The notes: a model not told the origin generated them from the sequence alone. A DNA stretch of 64,000 nucleotides from an uncultured candidatus Porisulfidus sp. (GCA_965215125.1 OZ244052.1:1824001-1888000); one strand, 5' to 3'; shown: positions 28,202 through 42,564, counted from the stretch's first letter. Translations and numbers: made by a program.

Positions 28202-30375
28202 TCTCTCCTCGTCGGTGTATCATTCAAAGATAGGGTCGTACGCAAAGTTATAAGGATAATACTACCTTTATTATTGTTTGTGTTAGTAATATAAATTTCA
28301 CCTCGATGCTCTTCCACGATTTTTTTGACGATAGCAAGCCCCAAACCCTGTCCTTTTTCCTTTGTGGTTACATAAGGTTCAAAAGCATTTGCAATAACGT
28401 CGCGACTAAAACCGGGACCGTTATCCTGCAAAGTGATTTGTATCGTATCGGGTTTGGGCATCGTCGTTGAAATGCGGACTTGCGGGTCGGGTGTTTGTTC
28501 TAAGGCCTCCAGTGCATTCGTTAACAGGTTATGTAGAAGTTGCCGTAATCGGGTTTCGTCGCCGTTGATCGTTGCCGAGGGTTCGAACGGTTGCCATTTG
28601 ATATTTATTTTGCCGGAATAACCGTAGAAATCGACGAGCTCGCTGATCAGTGCATGAAGATCAATCTCTTTTAGTTCCAAGGGCGCGTCGCCTTGGGAGA
28701 ATTGTCTGAATTCATTGACGATTTTACCCATCGCATCCACTTGATGAATGATGGTGTCCGCCGAGCGCTTGAGAAAAGCCGAGTCCGATTCGTCAAGCCG
28801 AGTGTTCAGTTTGTTTTTTAGACGCTCGGCGGATAGTCGTATCGGTGTTAAGGGGTTCTTAAACTCGTGTGCCATACGGCGCGCCACATCTTTCCATGCC
28901 CGATCTCGTTGCGCTTGCACTAAATCGCTGATGTCGTTGACGACCACCACATAGCCGCCGTCGGGCAGTTGTGCACCCCTACAAAATAGGGTTTTATTCT
29001 TTTCTGCGACACATAGATCAATTTCCCAATGTTGTTGCTGTTCGGTTTCGGCTAAATTCTCTTTTAGGGTCATATAGAATTTCTCCAGCCATTCGGCAGC
29101 GGTTGTATGTTGCAGTGATTGGTTTATCAAAGTGTCCAAAGAGACCGACAATATCTCGGATGCTGCAACATTAGCGGTCTTCAATTTCAAATCTTTGTCC
29201 AAGCTCAAAACACCGGAGGAAAGATGCTTTAGTATAGTTTCCAAATAAGCGCGTTGTTTTTCTAGCTGCATCCTGTTCGTGTCGGCAATCTCTTTCGCTT
29301 CACTTAATTTACGCGCCATGCTGTTAAACGACATTGCCAATTCACCGAGTTCGTCTTTTACGGGAACTTTAATACGCGTGTTGAGTTTACCCGCCGAGAT
29401 ATCTCTGGTGCCTTTGGCAAGTTGCAAGATAGGTGCAATAAGCCGGTGCGTATAGAAAAATGCCACCCATATCGCAAAAAGTATTGAGAATAACAAGACT
29501 AAAATTAAAGTGAGTCTAAAACTTTGTTTGAGTGCGTCGCGTAAAAAAATCAGGTTATTGTATTCGTCGTAAGCCTCTTCAACATTCCTGGTTAATCGGT
29601 TGATGCGCTCGGGCATAGGATAGAGTACCTGCAATAACCGCTTGGATCCGAGTATCTCTTCGGGTTCTACGGGTAATATCAAGCGCGCATAAAAGTTATT
29701 CCTTATTAGATCTAAACTAACATGGGGATCGCCTTGCAATACTCTGTGTACTACGGCTTCGGGCAATAAAACCGGTAGTATGTTTTCCATGTCCCCACCG
29801 TAAGAAGCTATGATCTCACGGTTGGTGTTCAGTAGAGTAATTTCGCTCAGACCGCGTTCATCGGATAGAGAGCGCAAAACAAAAGACGATAATTCGGCAG
29901 GCGTGTCGGATATTTCTTCCGCCATCGCCGCTACATCTTGTTTCATTCTTTGCAACTGCATGTTCAGCGACCAATTTCCCAGTTCCAAAGAGTTATTCAA
30001 TGCGTTCTCTACATCCACATTAAACCAGCTGTCTATGCCGTCTTCCAGCATTTGGTCGGAAAACATATAAACGATGATTGCCGGTGCCAATATGGATAAA
30101 GCCAGTATAAAACTTAAACGCAAGCGAAGTTTTGCTCCGAGTTTATGGTTATATAAATCTCGGATCAATTTTACTAGATTAACTATAACCAAACTGCCGA
30201 GTACAATCAGCATCAGTATATTAAAGGCTAGGAACCAGCCGTGATATTGATCGAAGAGTCTAGAATTTTGAGCCAAACCGCCAAGAGAGAACAAAGAAAT
30301 TAGCAGTAGTAAAAAGAGGCCTAGGATAGGCAAAAGCGGTTTTGAAAATTTATTTAGAGCGACCATTGATGCCAA
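28198..30375 (-). CDS. ntrY: NtrY-like HAMP/PAS sensor histidine kinase
   Basis: AWKDVARRMAHEFKNPLTPIRLSAERL, DNGPG, GQGLGL. Confidence 0.85.
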   Translation of the reverse strand: MASMVALNKFSKPLLPILGLFLLLLISLFSLGGLAQNSRLFDQYHGWFLAFNILMLIVLGSLVIVNLVKLIRDLYNHKLGAKLRLRLSFILALSILAPAIIVYMFSDQMLEDGIDSWFNVDVENALNNSLELGNWSLNMQLQRMKQDVAAMAEEISDTPAELSSFVLRSLSDERGLSEITLLNTNREIIASYGGDMENILPVLLPEAVVHRVLQGDPHVSLDLIRNNFYARLILPVEPEEILGSKRLLQVLYPMPERINRLTRNVEEAYDEYNNLIFLRDALKQSFRLTLILVLLFSILFAIWVAFFYTHRLIAPILQLAKGTRDISAGKLNTRIKVPVKDELGELAMSFNSMARKLSEAKEIADTNRMQLEKQRAYLETILKHLSSGVLSLDKDLKLKTANVAASEILSVSLDTLINQSLQHTTAAEWLEKFYMTLKENLAETEQQQHWEIDLCVAEKNKTLFCRGAQLPDGGYVVVVNDISDLVQAQRDRAWKDVARRMAHEFKNPLTPIRLSAERLKNKLNTRLDESDSAFLKRSADTIIHQVDAMGKIVNEFRQFSQGDAPLELKEIDLHALISELVDFYGYSGKINIKWQPFEPSATINGDETRLRQLLHNLLTNALEALEQTPDPQVRISTTMPKPDTIQITLQDNGPGFSRDVIANAFEPYVTTKEKGQGLGLAIVKKIVEEHRGEIYITNTNNNKGSIILITLRTTLSLNDTPTRRE

Positions 30376-30932
30376 TCCGAAGACAAAGGCTCGGGGTACG
30401 ATAGATAACTTTTAAGCCGTAGCAATAGCGGCAGGTCTGCTCTGGATAGTTTGACGCGAACCCGCATATGCGTTGCCTGAGCTAAAGCCGGCGACGACTT
30501 TTCGGTGACAGCTATGCCGTCATAACGTCCTAAGAATACCAAAGCACTTCCTAGAGAGTTAAAATTTGCCTGTTGATTTAAGTTTAGATCTTCGACTACA
30601 TAGTGCCGAGTTAAAGCGTGAAAATGCAGCTGTTTATGCCATGCCGCACTTAATAATTTTTTATTCGGCAATAATGTCCTTTTTTCAAAGATTTCAACAT
30701 CGGCAATAAAATTTAACTGGATACCGGTGTTAACCGCGGTAATCAGAAAATCGGGTAAATCAAAACTCGCCTGCATACTTAGGTATATTAGGTCGTCCTT
30801 GATGTTCGGCGACAAGTAGCTAATCGTAATAGGTGTTGTCGGATCTTTAGGCGAGACCTGTGCTTCAATAATGCCGGAGAGCGGCACAACCGACAAAGCG
30901 AAAAACCCTACATATAAGAAATGCCTGTTCAT
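30354..30932 (-). CDS. DUF4390-family periplasmic protein
   Basis: Conserved position upstream of ntrY, with LHFHALTRHY and LSSDWHQW. The ORF-track 5' extension is translated repeat, so the likely start is MNRH. Confidence 0.7.
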   Translation of the reverse strand: MNRHFLYVGFFALSVVPLSGIIEAQVSPKDPTTPITISYLSPNIKDDLIYLSMQASFDLPDFLITAVNTGIQLNFIADVEIFEKRTLLPNKKLLSAAWHKQLHFHALTRHYVVEDLNLNQQANFNSLGSALVFLGRYDGIAVTEKSSPALAQATHMRVRVKLSRADLPLLLRLKSYLSYPEPLSSDWHQWSL

Positions 30933-30955
30933 GACTGATAAGTATAACAAATGGA

Positions 30956-31194
30956 ACCGCCGTTTGTTGCAGTAGCACAAACGGCGTGACATTGTGCTGA
31001 ACCTGAGCATTGGAATGTAGGTCGGACAAACTAGGGTTTGTCCTCATAAATGCAAAGCGTTAGAGTGGGAAAATTAGTCGCTTTACATAACCCAATGATT
31101 ATTTAATTTACAGTCTTTGCACATGAACACCGACCGCCGTTTGTTGCAGTAGCACAAACGGCGTGACATTGTGCAGAACCTGAGCATTGGAATG
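30956..31194 (-). repeat. Two 62-bp direct copies of hairpin module B (30956-31017, 31133-31194)
   Basis: One mismatch between copies. Internal stem CGCCGTTTGT/ACAAACGGCG. Confidence 0.9.
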
Positions 31195-31278
31195 ATTAGG
31201 TATTCGTTATAATGCTATATCACGATGTTTATATCAAAGTAGTAGAATCTGTATTCTTAAGTATTTACTGTCAACATA

Positions 31279-32289
31279 ATGATTAGAATTATATGTAATC
31301 TTTGGCGTGGCTTTAGGGCCTTAATACTTGCTATTTATATATTTCACATCGCACTCCGAGAATTTTATAACTATAGAAATTCGTATATAGGTGCCATTTT
31401 ATCTCGGTTCAAGGAACCGGATGAACGATTTTCTTTCTTTCTTTTTATACGAGCCGTTATACCTTCTGCAATAGCAGCTTACCAAGGGTCTCTTAAAGTA
31501 TTATCTGATAACCCGTCTCTATCGGTTCGATTTTATACGATAATCGGAGTGGCATGGTTTAGCGAAAAAATAGGTATCAATATCAAGGTGAGTTCTCCCG
31601 GTTTGGATCATCTCTTTGAAAACCTTGTATTGACACATTCACAGAAGTATCAATTTAGAGATAACAAACAATTTAGGTCTAATGCTAAGATGCTATTGGA
31701 AATTTATGCAAAAACTGTGATTCCATCCGAATACGGTTACAAAGTGATCTCAAAGTTGGCAATTAAGGGGGAATTTTCTAGCCAAGCCGACGAGTGGGCT
31801 GGTAGCAATCTGCAAGGGGATTGGATAGCTGTTCACTACAGAGGATCCGATCGTAAAGTAGTAGTTAAACATAGATTGATAGAGAAAGAATCTTATATCG
31901 CTTATCTAAAAGAGGTTTTGGATGATCATTGTAATATCTTTGCTTGTTCCGATCAGGCGCAATTCATTGATCAAATAAAAGGGGCATTCCCCGGTAGAGT
32001 TTTTTGCAGAGAGATTGTTCGATCTCAGGATGGTAGACCCTTACATATGGATACAGAATACTATGGTGCCGAACAAATGAAAGACGCACTAATGGATATC
32101 TTAATCCTATCAAAGGCGAAACTAATTTATACGACAGGGTCATGGTTTGTAGATGTAGTTAGATTTTTTAATCCATCGGTCAAAATTATTTCTTTATCAA
32201 GATGTAGTTATCACCGGAAAATTGACAACTTCATTTCAGTACCTAAAGCACATCTTATAAGCATAGACAATAGAGAAAATACCGAATAA
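31279..32289 (+). CDS. NodZ/GT23-like (fucosyl)glycosyltransferase
   Basis: WIAVHYRGSD (HxRxxD), IFACSD and ALMDILILSK motifs. AT-rich gene. Confidence 0.6.
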   Translation: MIRIICNLWRGFRALILAIYIFHIALREFYNYRNSYIGAILSRFKEPDERFSFFLFIRAVIPSAIAAYQGSLKVLSDNPSLSVRFYTIIGVAWFSEKIGINIKVSSPGLDHLFENLVLTHSQKYQFRDNKQFRSNAKMLLEIYAKTVIPSEYGYKVISKLAIKGEFSSQADEWAGSNLQGDWIAVHYRGSDRKVVVKHRLIEKESYIAYLKEVLDDHCNIFACSDQAQFIDQIKGAFPGRVFCREIVRSQDGRPLHMDTEYYGAEQMKDALMDILILSKAKLIYTTGSWFVDVVRFFNPSVKIISLSRCSYHRKIDNFISVPKAHLISIDNRENTE

Positions 32290-32332
32290 TTTTAACTAAA
32301 ATATCTATCTATTAAATTTACGGACACCATAA

Positions 32333-32374
32333 TTCCCCTCTGTGGGGGGGGCAGGCGTAGCCTGACGGGGTGGT
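32333..32374 (+). repeat. Module A palindromic repeat
   Basis: TTCCCCTC..GGGG-GCAGGCGTAGCCTGACGGGGTGGT. Confidence 0.8.
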
Positions 32375-32408
32375 CGCTAAAGGTCGGCACGATTTTATTC
32401 CTCCCCTA

Positions 32409-33119
32409 CTACAAAATTTCGCTAAGCCAGCGTGTCCAAGCATCTAGCACGCGTCGGTCTATGCTGTGCGCCAGTTCGTCGAATACGTGCGACTGCACAT
32501 GAAAGCCGGCATCTTCCAACAATTTCGGCATTGCGCTTACGGCTCTGTGCGGGATGATCGGGTCTAGGGTGCCGTGGGTTAATAACACCGGTGTGCCGCT
32601 ATCGTCGGGTATCGGCTCTCCGCGCGGCAAATAACCCGACCACGAGAAAGCCCCGGCGAAGTGCTTCGTTTCGTTGAATAGACTATACATTGCAAGTGCG
32701 CCGCCTTGTGAAAAACCTCCGACGATGATTTTATCTTCGGGCACTCCGTCGGCGATCAATTCATCGACCAATTGCCTGATTAGTTTTAAGGATTTCTCCA
32801 GACCCACTTTGTCCTCTTGCGGCTGAGCGTCTTCCAATGCAATGATATCAAACCATGCCGGCATTTTCATTCCACCGTTCAATGTCACCGGTTGTATCGG
32901 TGCCTGTGGTATGAAGAAAGAAATTCGGTCCTTATCGGGCAGAGAGACCATAGAAAGACCGGCAGCGAGGTCGTCGGCGGACGCACCCAAGCCGTGCAAC
33001 AGAATGATGCCGCCGATAGCGTTCTGCTTGGCAGGTTTTTTAATGCCTTGCCAATTTCCTTTGGGGTTTGTAGGGTTCAATGTTTGTGTCATAACTAAGT
33101 CCTTTATATGTTCATTCAT
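32409..33119 (-). CDS. Phospholipase/carboxylesterase (alpha/beta hydrolase)
   Basis: LLHGLGA, MPAWFDI, GFSQGG nucleophile, HGTLD and the catalytic His. Confidence 0.9.
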   Translation of the reverse strand: MNEHIKDLVMTQTLNPTNPKGNWQGIKKPAKQNAIGGIILLHGLGASADDLAAGLSMVSLPDKDRISFFIPQAPIQPVTLNGGMKMPAWFDIIALEDAQPQEDKVGLEKSLKLIRQLVDELIADGVPEDKIIVGGFSQGGALAMYSLFNETKHFAGAFSWSGYLPRGEPIPDDSGTPVLLTHGTLDPIIPHRAVSAMPKLLEDAGFHVQSHVFDELAHSIDRRVLDAWTRWLSEIL

Positions 33120-36100
33120 TATCGAGGTTCACCGAATCCACCGCCACCGGGTGTTGCAATGATTAGGGTGTCGCCGGCCCGCATCGCAACGGTGGTGTTT
33201 GCCGCTAATAGCTCCATGCTCCCGTCTTTGCGCCGTACACTATTTTGTCCGCATAATCCGGGTTTGCCTCCGTTTAGTCCGAAAGGTGCTATTGTACGAT
33301 GACTCGACAATATCGACGCACTCATGGCTTCTAAAAAAGTTATTTTGCGAACGACACCGTCGCCGCCACGATATCTGCCGTCGCCGCCGCTACCGATACG
33401 GATACCGAAGTTTTCTAACAATACCGGGAACCGTGATTCTAGAATTTCGGGGTCGGTGAGTCTGGAATTCGTCATATGGGTGTGAACCGCACTCGCACCG
33501 TCAAAGCTCGCGCCGGCACCGGCACCACCGCACAATGTTTCGTAATATTGGTATTGTTGGTTACCGAAACTCAGATTGTTCATCGTGCCTTGCGAGGCGG
33601 CGAGGATGCCCATCGCACCGTACAGTGCGTTGACAATTGCTTGCGAGGTTTCAACATTACCGGCGACGACCGCAGACGGATAGTTCGGGTTCAGCAGGCT
33701 ATCTTCGGGGATAACGAGTTGTATGGGTTTTAGGCAACCCTCGTTTAGCGGTATGTCGGCGTTGGTCAAGGTGCGAAAAACATATAATACCGCTGCCCGA
33801 GCGACCGCAGCCGGCGCATGGAAATTAGTATCGGTTTGCCCGGATGTGCCGGTAAAATCGACGATTGCCGATCGTTTATCCTCGGCAATGGAAATTTGAA
33901 CCTTGATGACGGCATCGTGTTCCAAAGGATAGACGAATTGTCCACCATGCAAAGTTTTTAGCGCATCGCGCACCGCAACCTCGGCGTTATCCTGTATATA
34001 TCGCATATACGAGCAAACCGTTTTTAGACCGAAATCGTCTATCATGTTTTTGAGTTCGCTAACACCTTTTCGGTTTGCCGCAATCTGTGCCTTCAAGTCG
34101 TCTATATTAGTGTCTATATCGCGTGCCGGCCAAGCAGTGCTTGCCAGTATCTCCCGAAGTGCCCGTTCATCAAAATAACCGTTGCGTACCGCTAAAAAGC
34201 AATCTATCAAAACACCTTCTTCCTCTATGTGATGGCTGTTCGGTGGCATAGAACCCGGTGTGGTGCCACCTATGTCGGCATGATGTCCGCGGCAAGCGAC
34301 ATAGAATAACGGCTTTGTGTTATCGGGAGTGATGTTTTGTTGATAGAACACCGGCGTGATAACGGTGATATCGGGCAGATGTGTGCCGCCTTGATAGGGG
34401 CTGTTCAAGACATAGGCATCGCCGTCTTGCATCGTTGCCCGGCATTGTTTGATGACCGCACGCACCGTCTCCCCCATAGAACCTAAATGCACCGGCACAT
34501 GCGGTGCATTTGCTACCAAACCACCGTCCTGATCGAATATCGCACAAGAAAAATCCAGCCGCTCTTTGATATTAACCGAGTGTGCGGTGTTTGCAAGCGT
34601 GATACCCATTTGTTCGGCGATGGACATATAAAGGTGATTGAAAATTTCGAGCTTTACCGGATTCGGTTTAGCCATATCATCTTTGCTTAAACTTGGTGAA
34701 TGTTTGCTCAACGATTTTTGTTTTTTAAGCAATAGATTATTTTGGCCGGTAATTTCCACTTGCCATTGTGGTTCTACTACGATGGTCTGGGTTTGTTCTA
34801 CGATCAGGGCAGGCCCCTTTATAGATTGATTGAGAGATAGTGTGCTGCGTTCGTATAGTGTAGCTTCCTGCAGACCGTCGCTCGTATGAAAATCGATTTG
34901 CACCGGTTTTATTTCCTTTGTTGGATGATCTGCCGAAGCGGTGTGCGATTTTACCTCGCCGCTCATTGTGGTAATTGCTTCTACCGATAGGCTGGCGATA
35001 ATAAGCGGGGTCTCGGGTAATATAAAACCGAATCTTTGTCGATGCAGTGCTTCAAATGCCGTACGTAAATTGTCATGCCGATTGAAATCAAGTTCTAAGC
35101 TAAAGTCGCTGCCTTGATAGCGGATGTGAATACGCCTAATAATACGGACCGGATTTGAGTCGGTGTTGTGTGCGGTGATTTCAGTTTTAGCTTGTGTTTC
35201 CAGTGTCTGCCATATAGGATCCAATGCTGCGCTGTCGGCTTCCGCTATCGGTCGTTCAACGCTGCAGGTGCGCAGTGCGCTTGAGTTGGCAAGTCCTATG
35301 CCGTAGGCGGATAGCACGCTTGCAAGCGGATGTATCAATATCTGCTTGATGCCCAATAGGTCGGCAACACGACACGCGTGCTGTCCGCCGGCACCTCCGA
35401 AGCAACACAAGGTATAGCGGCGTATGTCATGCCCGCGCTGCACCGATATTTTTTTTATCGCTTGTGCCATATTGTTGACCGCAACCGAAAGAAAGTCCGA
35501 TGCGACCTCGGTGTAAGTGCGGTGTTCGTCGTCGGCAGCGTTGATCCTTTCGGTTAGGGCTAGAAATTTTTTCAAAACGATGTCCAAATCCAAACTTTGT
35601 TTTCCGTCGTTGCCGAACAAAGACGGGAAATAATCGGCTTGTATGCGACCTAAAATCAGGTTGCAATCGGTTACGGTTAGAGGACCACCTTTGCGATAAC
35701 ACGCAGGTCCCGGGTCGGCTCCTGCCGACTCCGGCCCCACTTGATAACGCCCGTTGCGAAACTGGATAATAGAGCCGCCGCCCGCTGCGATTGTATGTAT
35801 GTTCAACATCGGTGCTTGCAAATGGATGCCGGCAACTTGACTATCAAAAGTGCGCTCGTAGTGTCCCGAGTAGTGCGAGACATCGGTTGAAGTGCCACCC
35901 ATATCAAAGCCGATGATACGCTTACATCCCGATTGCAAGCCGGTTTCCACCGCACCGACGATACCGCCGGCGGGACCCGACAATAAGCTATTCACGGCTC
36001 TAAAGTTATTGGCATCGCTCAGCCCGCCGCTTGACTGCATGAATGAAATTTTCACGCCCGGCAGTGCCTCGGATATGCGGCGCACATAGCGTAGCAATAC

Positions 36101-36820
36101 CGGCGATAGATACGCATCAACTACGGTCGTGCCGCCGCGTCCGACGAACTTTATCATCGGACTCACCTCGTGCGATGCCGAGATTTGTGTGTATCCTATT
36201 TGTTCGGCGATTTCGCACAAGATTTTCTCGTGAGACGGGTATTTATAGCTGTGCATCAAACAGATAGCACAAGTGCGTATGCCGTCGCGATATGCCGATT
36301 CGAGCAGGTGCTTTGCCGCCGCCGTATCAACTTCGGTCAGCACATTGCCGTTTGCATCTACACGCTCGTCTATTTCTACGACGCGTTCGTAAAGCGGATC
36401 GGGCAGTTTGATATGGAGTGCAAATAATTCGGGGCGCGCCTGATAAGCGATGCGTAATACATCGGCGAAGCCTCGGTTGACGAGTAGCACGGTTCGATCG
36501 CCTTTGCGTTCCAACAATGCATTGGTTGCCACGGTTGTACCCATGCGCACCGCGGCAATCCGTTCGCCGGGTATGGGTGCGTCGGGAACCCCTAACACAT
36601 CCCTGATACCTTGCAAAGCCGCATCGGAATAGTGCTGCGGGTTTTCCGAAAGCAGTTTATGGACGATTAATTCACCGTCGGTATTTTTTGCAACGATGTC
36701 GGTAAAAGTGCCGCCTCTATCAATCCAAAAATGCCATTTACTATTCCTCTCCTGTGGAGGGGTGTCAGGCGCAGCCTGACGGGATGGTTGTGTAATCGTC
36801 TGCACCAGTCTATTCCCCAT
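33119..36820 (-). CDS. oplA: 5-oxoprolinase (fused hydantoinase A/B)
   Basis: [49 protein letters not shown]. Confidence 0.92.
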   Translation of the reverse strand: MGNRLVQTITQPSRQAAPDTPPQERNSKWHFWIDRGGTFTDIVAKNTDGELIVHKLLSENPQHYSDAALQGIRDVLGVPDAPIPGERIAAVRMGTTVATNALLERKGDRTVLLVNRGFADVLRIAYQARPELFALHIKLPDPLYERVVEIDERVDANGNVLTEVDTAAAKHLLESAYRDGIRTCAICLMHSYKYPSHEKILCEIAEQIGYTQISASHEVSPMIKFVGRGGTTVVDAYLSPVLLRYVRRISEALPGVKISFMQSSGGLSDANNFRAVNSLLSGPAGGIVGAVETGLQSGCKRIIGFDMGGTSTDVSHYSGHYERTFDSQVAGIHLQAPMLNIHTIAAGGGSIIQFRNGRYQVGPESAGADPGPACYRKGGPLTVTDCNLILGRIQADYFPSLFGNDGKQSLDLDIVLKKFLALTERINAADDEHRTYTEVASDFLSVAVNNMAQAIKKISVQRGHDIRRYTLCCFGGAGGQHACRVADLLGIKQILIHPLASVLSAYGIGLANSSALRTCSVERPIAEADSAALDPIWQTLETQAKTEITAHNTDSNPVRIIRRIHIRYQGSDFSLELDFNRHDNLRTAFEALHRQRFGFILPETPLIIASLSVEAITTMSGEVKSHTASADHPTKEIKPVQIDFHTSDGLQEATLYERSTLSLNQSIKGPALIVEQTQTIVVEPQWQVEITGQNNLLLKKQKSLSKHSPSLSKDDMAKPNPVKLEIFNHLYMSIAEQMGITLANTAHSVNIKERLDFSCAIFDQDGGLVANAPHVPVHLGSMGETVRAVIKQCRATMQDGDAYVLNSPYQGGTHLPDITVITPVFYQQNITPDNTKPLFYVACRGHHADIGGTTPGSMPPNSHHIEEEGVLIDCFLAVRNGYFDERALREILASTAWPARDIDTNIDDLKAQIAANRKGVSELKNMIDDFGLKTVCSYMRYIQDNAEVAVRDALKTLHGGQFVYPLEHDAVIKVQISIAEDKRSAIVDFTGTSGQTDTNFHAPAAVARAAVLYVFRTLTNADIPLNEGCLKPIQLVIPEDSLLNPNYPSAVVAGNVETSQAIVNALYGAMGILAASQGTMNNLSFGNQQYQYYETLCGGAGAGASFDGASAVHTHMTNSRLTDPEILESRFPVLLENFGIRIGSGGDGRYRGGDGVVRKITFLEAMSASILSSHRTIAPFGLNGGKPGLCGQNSVRRKDGSMELLAANTTVAMRAGDTLIIATPGGGGFGEPR

Positions 36821-36850
36821 TCGTTAAGGTTCTGCACAATGTTACGCCAC
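36743..36850. repeat. Module A copy plus a module B fragment overlapping the oplA 5' end
   Basis: TTCCTCTCCTGTGGAGGGGTGTCAGGCGCAGCCTGACGGGATGGTT and GGTTCTGCACAATGTTACGCC. Confidence 0.8.
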
Positions 36851-36862
36851 CTGCGCTATCGC

Positions 36863-38275
36863 TTAATCGGGAAGTTTTTTTGCAAGATACGCACGGGCAT
36901 TCGCAATTTGTTGCCGAACACCTGCGCTACCGCCGTGGGTGCGTTTATTCTGCAATGCGGTTTTAGGGTTCAACACCTTAAATGCGCTACTATCCAATGC
37001 CGAATGTAAGGCTTGCAATTTTTCTACGGGAAGTGCATCTAGGGAACAATCCTCCTGTATTGCGAGCTTGACCGCTTGCCCGACTATTCGGTGCGCATCC
37101 CGAAACGGAACTTGCTTGCCGACCAAATAGTCTGCTAAATCGGTTGCCGTAGAGAATCCACTCTGTGCCGCCTTGAGCATGTTCTCACGATTCACCTTGA
37201 GTGCCGGTATTATCTCGGCGAGAATCAAAACCGACGGCAAGGTTGCATCGAGCGCATCGTAGACGCATGCTTTGTCCTCTTGATTATCTCGGTTATACGC
37301 CAAAGGCTGTGCTTTCATCAATACCAGCAATGCCGTCAACGCACCGGTCGTACGACTACTCTTGCCGCGTATCAGTTCGGCTATATCGGGATTTTTCTTT
37401 TGTGGCATGATCGACGAACCCGTACAATGGCGATCCGCCAAAGTGATAAAATCAAATTGTTGCGACGACCACAATATCAGCTCTTCGCAGACGCGTGATA
37501 GATGCGACATCAACAACGCACAACACGAGCAGAACTCTATCGCAAAGTCGCGATCCGAGACCGCATCCAAAGAATTATCCGAGATCGCTTCAAAACCGAG
37601 TAATTCGGCTGCGTAGAGTCTATCCAAATCATAGCTGGTTCCGGCACAAGCAGCACTTCCCAAAGACAACACATTGACGCGACGACGCGCATCGTGCAAG
37701 CGAGCGGTGTCGCGCTTCAACATTTCAAACCACGCCAATAGATGATGTCCGAAACTAACCGGTTGAGCAACTTGCAAATGCGTATACGCCGGCATCACGG
37801 TTTCCGCCTCGTTCTCGGCAAGGTCGACCAGACTTTGCTGAAGTTTATCCGTTGCTTCCAGCAACAGGTCTATTTGACCGCGTAAATAAAGTCTAAAGTC
37901 TGTTGCTATCTGATCGTTTCTGGAACGCCCGGTGTGCAATTTCTTTCCGACTTCGCCCAGACGCTCGGTCAAACAAGCCTCTATATTCGTATGTATATCC
38001 TCAAGCGAGACATCCCAATTAAAGCGGTCTTCCGCTATTTCCTCTCTAATTTGATACAAACCCGAAATCAGAGACTCTGCCTCTTGGTCGGTCAACACCT
38101 GCGCCTTGAGTAGCACCTTGACATGTGCCACCGAGGCTTCTATATCCTCGACATAAAAACGTTTGTCGTGTTCCAGCGAGGCGGTGAAAAGCTCAACCTG
38201 CCGTTCAGTCGATTCTGAGAACCGTCCACCCCATAATTTGTCTTTTGTTTGTTTTTCACTCATCGCACTATTCAA
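36863..38275 (-). CDS. argH: Argininosuccinate lyase
   Basis: LWGGRF, HTGRSRNDQ, GSSIMPQKKNPD. Confidence 0.97.
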   Translation of the reverse strand: MNSAMSEKQTKDKLWGGRFSESTERQVELFTASLEHDKRFYVEDIEASVAHVKVLLKAQVLTDQEAESLISGLYQIREEIAEDRFNWDVSLEDIHTNIEACLTERLGEVGKKLHTGRSRNDQIATDFRLYLRGQIDLLLEATDKLQQSLVDLAENEAETVMPAYTHLQVAQPVSFGHHLLAWFEMLKRDTARLHDARRRVNVLSLGSAACAGTSYDLDRLYAAELLGFEAISDNSLDAVSDRDFAIEFCSCCALLMSHLSRVCEELILWSSQQFDFITLADRHCTGSSIMPQKKNPDIAELIRGKSSRTTGALTALLVLMKAQPLAYNRDNQEDKACVYDALDATLPSVLILAEIIPALKVNRENMLKAAQSGFSTATDLADYLVGKQVPFRDAHRIVGQAVKLAIQEDCSLDALPVEKLQALHSALDSSAFKVLNPKTALQNKRTHGGSAGVRQQIANARAYLAKKLPD

Positions 38276-38411
38276 TGTTTAATCATCGGATTATAAACTA
38301 ACATCTGCCGTGTTTGACTACAAATATTTCGGGTATCCCGACGGTGGTTAATCATTGCATGATATCGCCGTAGCTTTATACTAAGATACTCCTATATAAC
38401 CCTAAATTATT

Positions 38412-38975
38412 ATGCTAGTGAATTTACACGAACAACTAAACGGTGCCTGCGAGCTGATTAAAAGCGGCGGTGTCGTTGCGTATCCGACCGAAGCGGTATT
38501 CGGTTTGGGCTGCGACCCTATGAACGAACATGCCGTACGACGTTTATCGGAGATTAAAAAGCGACCGCAAAACAAAAGCTACATTCTAATCGCCGATAAC
38601 TTTGCCCGATTGCATCCTTTTTGCGCGACTATAGACGACTCACGATGGCAACAGGTTAAACGGGATTGGCCGGGACCGTATACTTGGGTGTTTCCGGCAA
38701 CCGAATTATGCCCTTGTTGGCTCTGCGATAAAGAAATAGGTATCGCAGTTCGGGTGACCGCGCACCCTGTTGCGGCTGCATTATGCAGTCTTTGTGGACA
38801 CGCCCTAGTTTCTACGAGTGCCAATCTCAGCGGTGAACCACCCGCTAAAACATGGCAAGAAGTAAAGGCGACATTCAACGATACGGTTGATTATATCGTT
38901 TGTGCCGATGTCTCCGACCCGACCGGAAAACCTACGGTTATTCACAATGCGACGAGCGGCGAGAGAATCAGATAA
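38412..38975 (+). CDS. tsaC: Threonylcarbamoyl-AMP synthase (YrdC/Sua5)
   Basis: AYPTEAVFGLGCDP, STSANLSG. Confidence 0.93.
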   Translation: MLVNLHEQLNGACELIKSGGVVAYPTEAVFGLGCDPMNEHAVRRLSEIKKRPQNKSYILIADNFARLHPFCATIDDSRWQQVKRDWPGPYTWVFPATELCPCWLCDKEIGIAVRVTAHPVAAALCSLCGHALVSTSANLSGEPPAKTWQEVKATFNDTVDYIVCADVSDPTGKPTVIHNATSGERIR

Positions 38976-38989
38976 TGATTGTATGTAAC

Positions 38990-39112
38990 ATTCCCCTCCT
39001 ATGGAGGGGTGGCAGGCTTCGCCTGACGGGGTGGTTTATTCCCCTCCTGTGGAGGGGCGGCAGGTGCAACAGAACCCCCGATTGAACCAGTTGAGTAAAT
39101 GGCAGTTCTATT
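38990..39112. repeat. Tandem module A copies plus degenerate module B
   Basis: Two TTCCCCTCCT.TGGAGGGG units, then AGAACCCCCGATTGA. Confidence 0.8.
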
Positions 39113-39149
39113 TCCAATAACTCCTTTATATACCTTATAATCTATTAGC

Positions 39150-41891
<2,742 letters not shown>

Positions 41892-41899
41892 AGGCAGTT

Positions 41900-42050
41900 A
41901 TTCCCCTCCTGTGGAGGGGTGGCCTATGCATTTTGCAATGCATGCGTTTAGCAGTCATGTTGAGGTTCTGAACAAAGTCACGCCGATTGACCTACTGGTT
42001 CAATCGGCGGTTCTATTCAGCCTGACGGGGTGGTTGCAGCGTATCTGCAC
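41900..42050. repeat. Module A interrupted by module B
   Basis: TTCCCCTCCTGTGGAGGGGTGGC[...CACGCCGATTGACCTACTGGTTCAATCGGCGGTTCTAT]TCAGCCTGACGGGGTGGTT. Confidence 0.85.
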
Positions 42051-42130
42051 CATTCCAATCGCTACCCACCGATATAGCAAGTGATGCGACTTTCTGCTAC
42101 GATAGCCGTTTATACCGAACAGGAGAAGCA

Positions 42131-42564
42131 ATGAAAGAAGTTATAGATAAGGAATTATTCGGATGGGTCCCGCTCTACGAAGGGATAGCCGACCCTTTTA
42201 GAGGTCGTCGGAGAAGAGCCATCGACGGAACCGAAGCCAAAGAAAGATGAGTAGACATCTTTTTGGGGGAAAGTTTATTAAGAAGCTACGCGCTTCTAAT
42301 CCTAGACTTAAACCGGACGAGAGCCGGACCGACAAGGCGACTATTCGTAACTGATCTAACGGCTATTACAGCTGGGAGCTTCTCTCCGATGGCGATAGCT
42401 ACGAGGAATATCTTAAAAAGGGCGGAAGGGATAAGGATCTTCTTTGGGACTATAACCACGGCTTTATAGCTTTAAGCGATACGAGAGAAGAAGCTTTAGC
42501 TAAAGCTCTTTCGCCGACGCAAGCCGAAGCGGAAGCCGAATATAAGCCCGATGATCTGTCCGGT
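42131..42564 (+). pseudogene. Broken N-terminal (specificity) region of mcrB
   Basis: SD AGGAG and ATG 42131 open a short frame (FGWVPLYEGIAD). A frame from ATG 42247 is in frame with mcrB but broken by TGA 42352-42354. Confidence 0.55.

Noticed and set aside
30956-31194. CRISPR array
   Set aside because: Only two 62-bp repeats with a 115-bp spacer, no cas genes, and the unit is dispersed elsewhere in the window.
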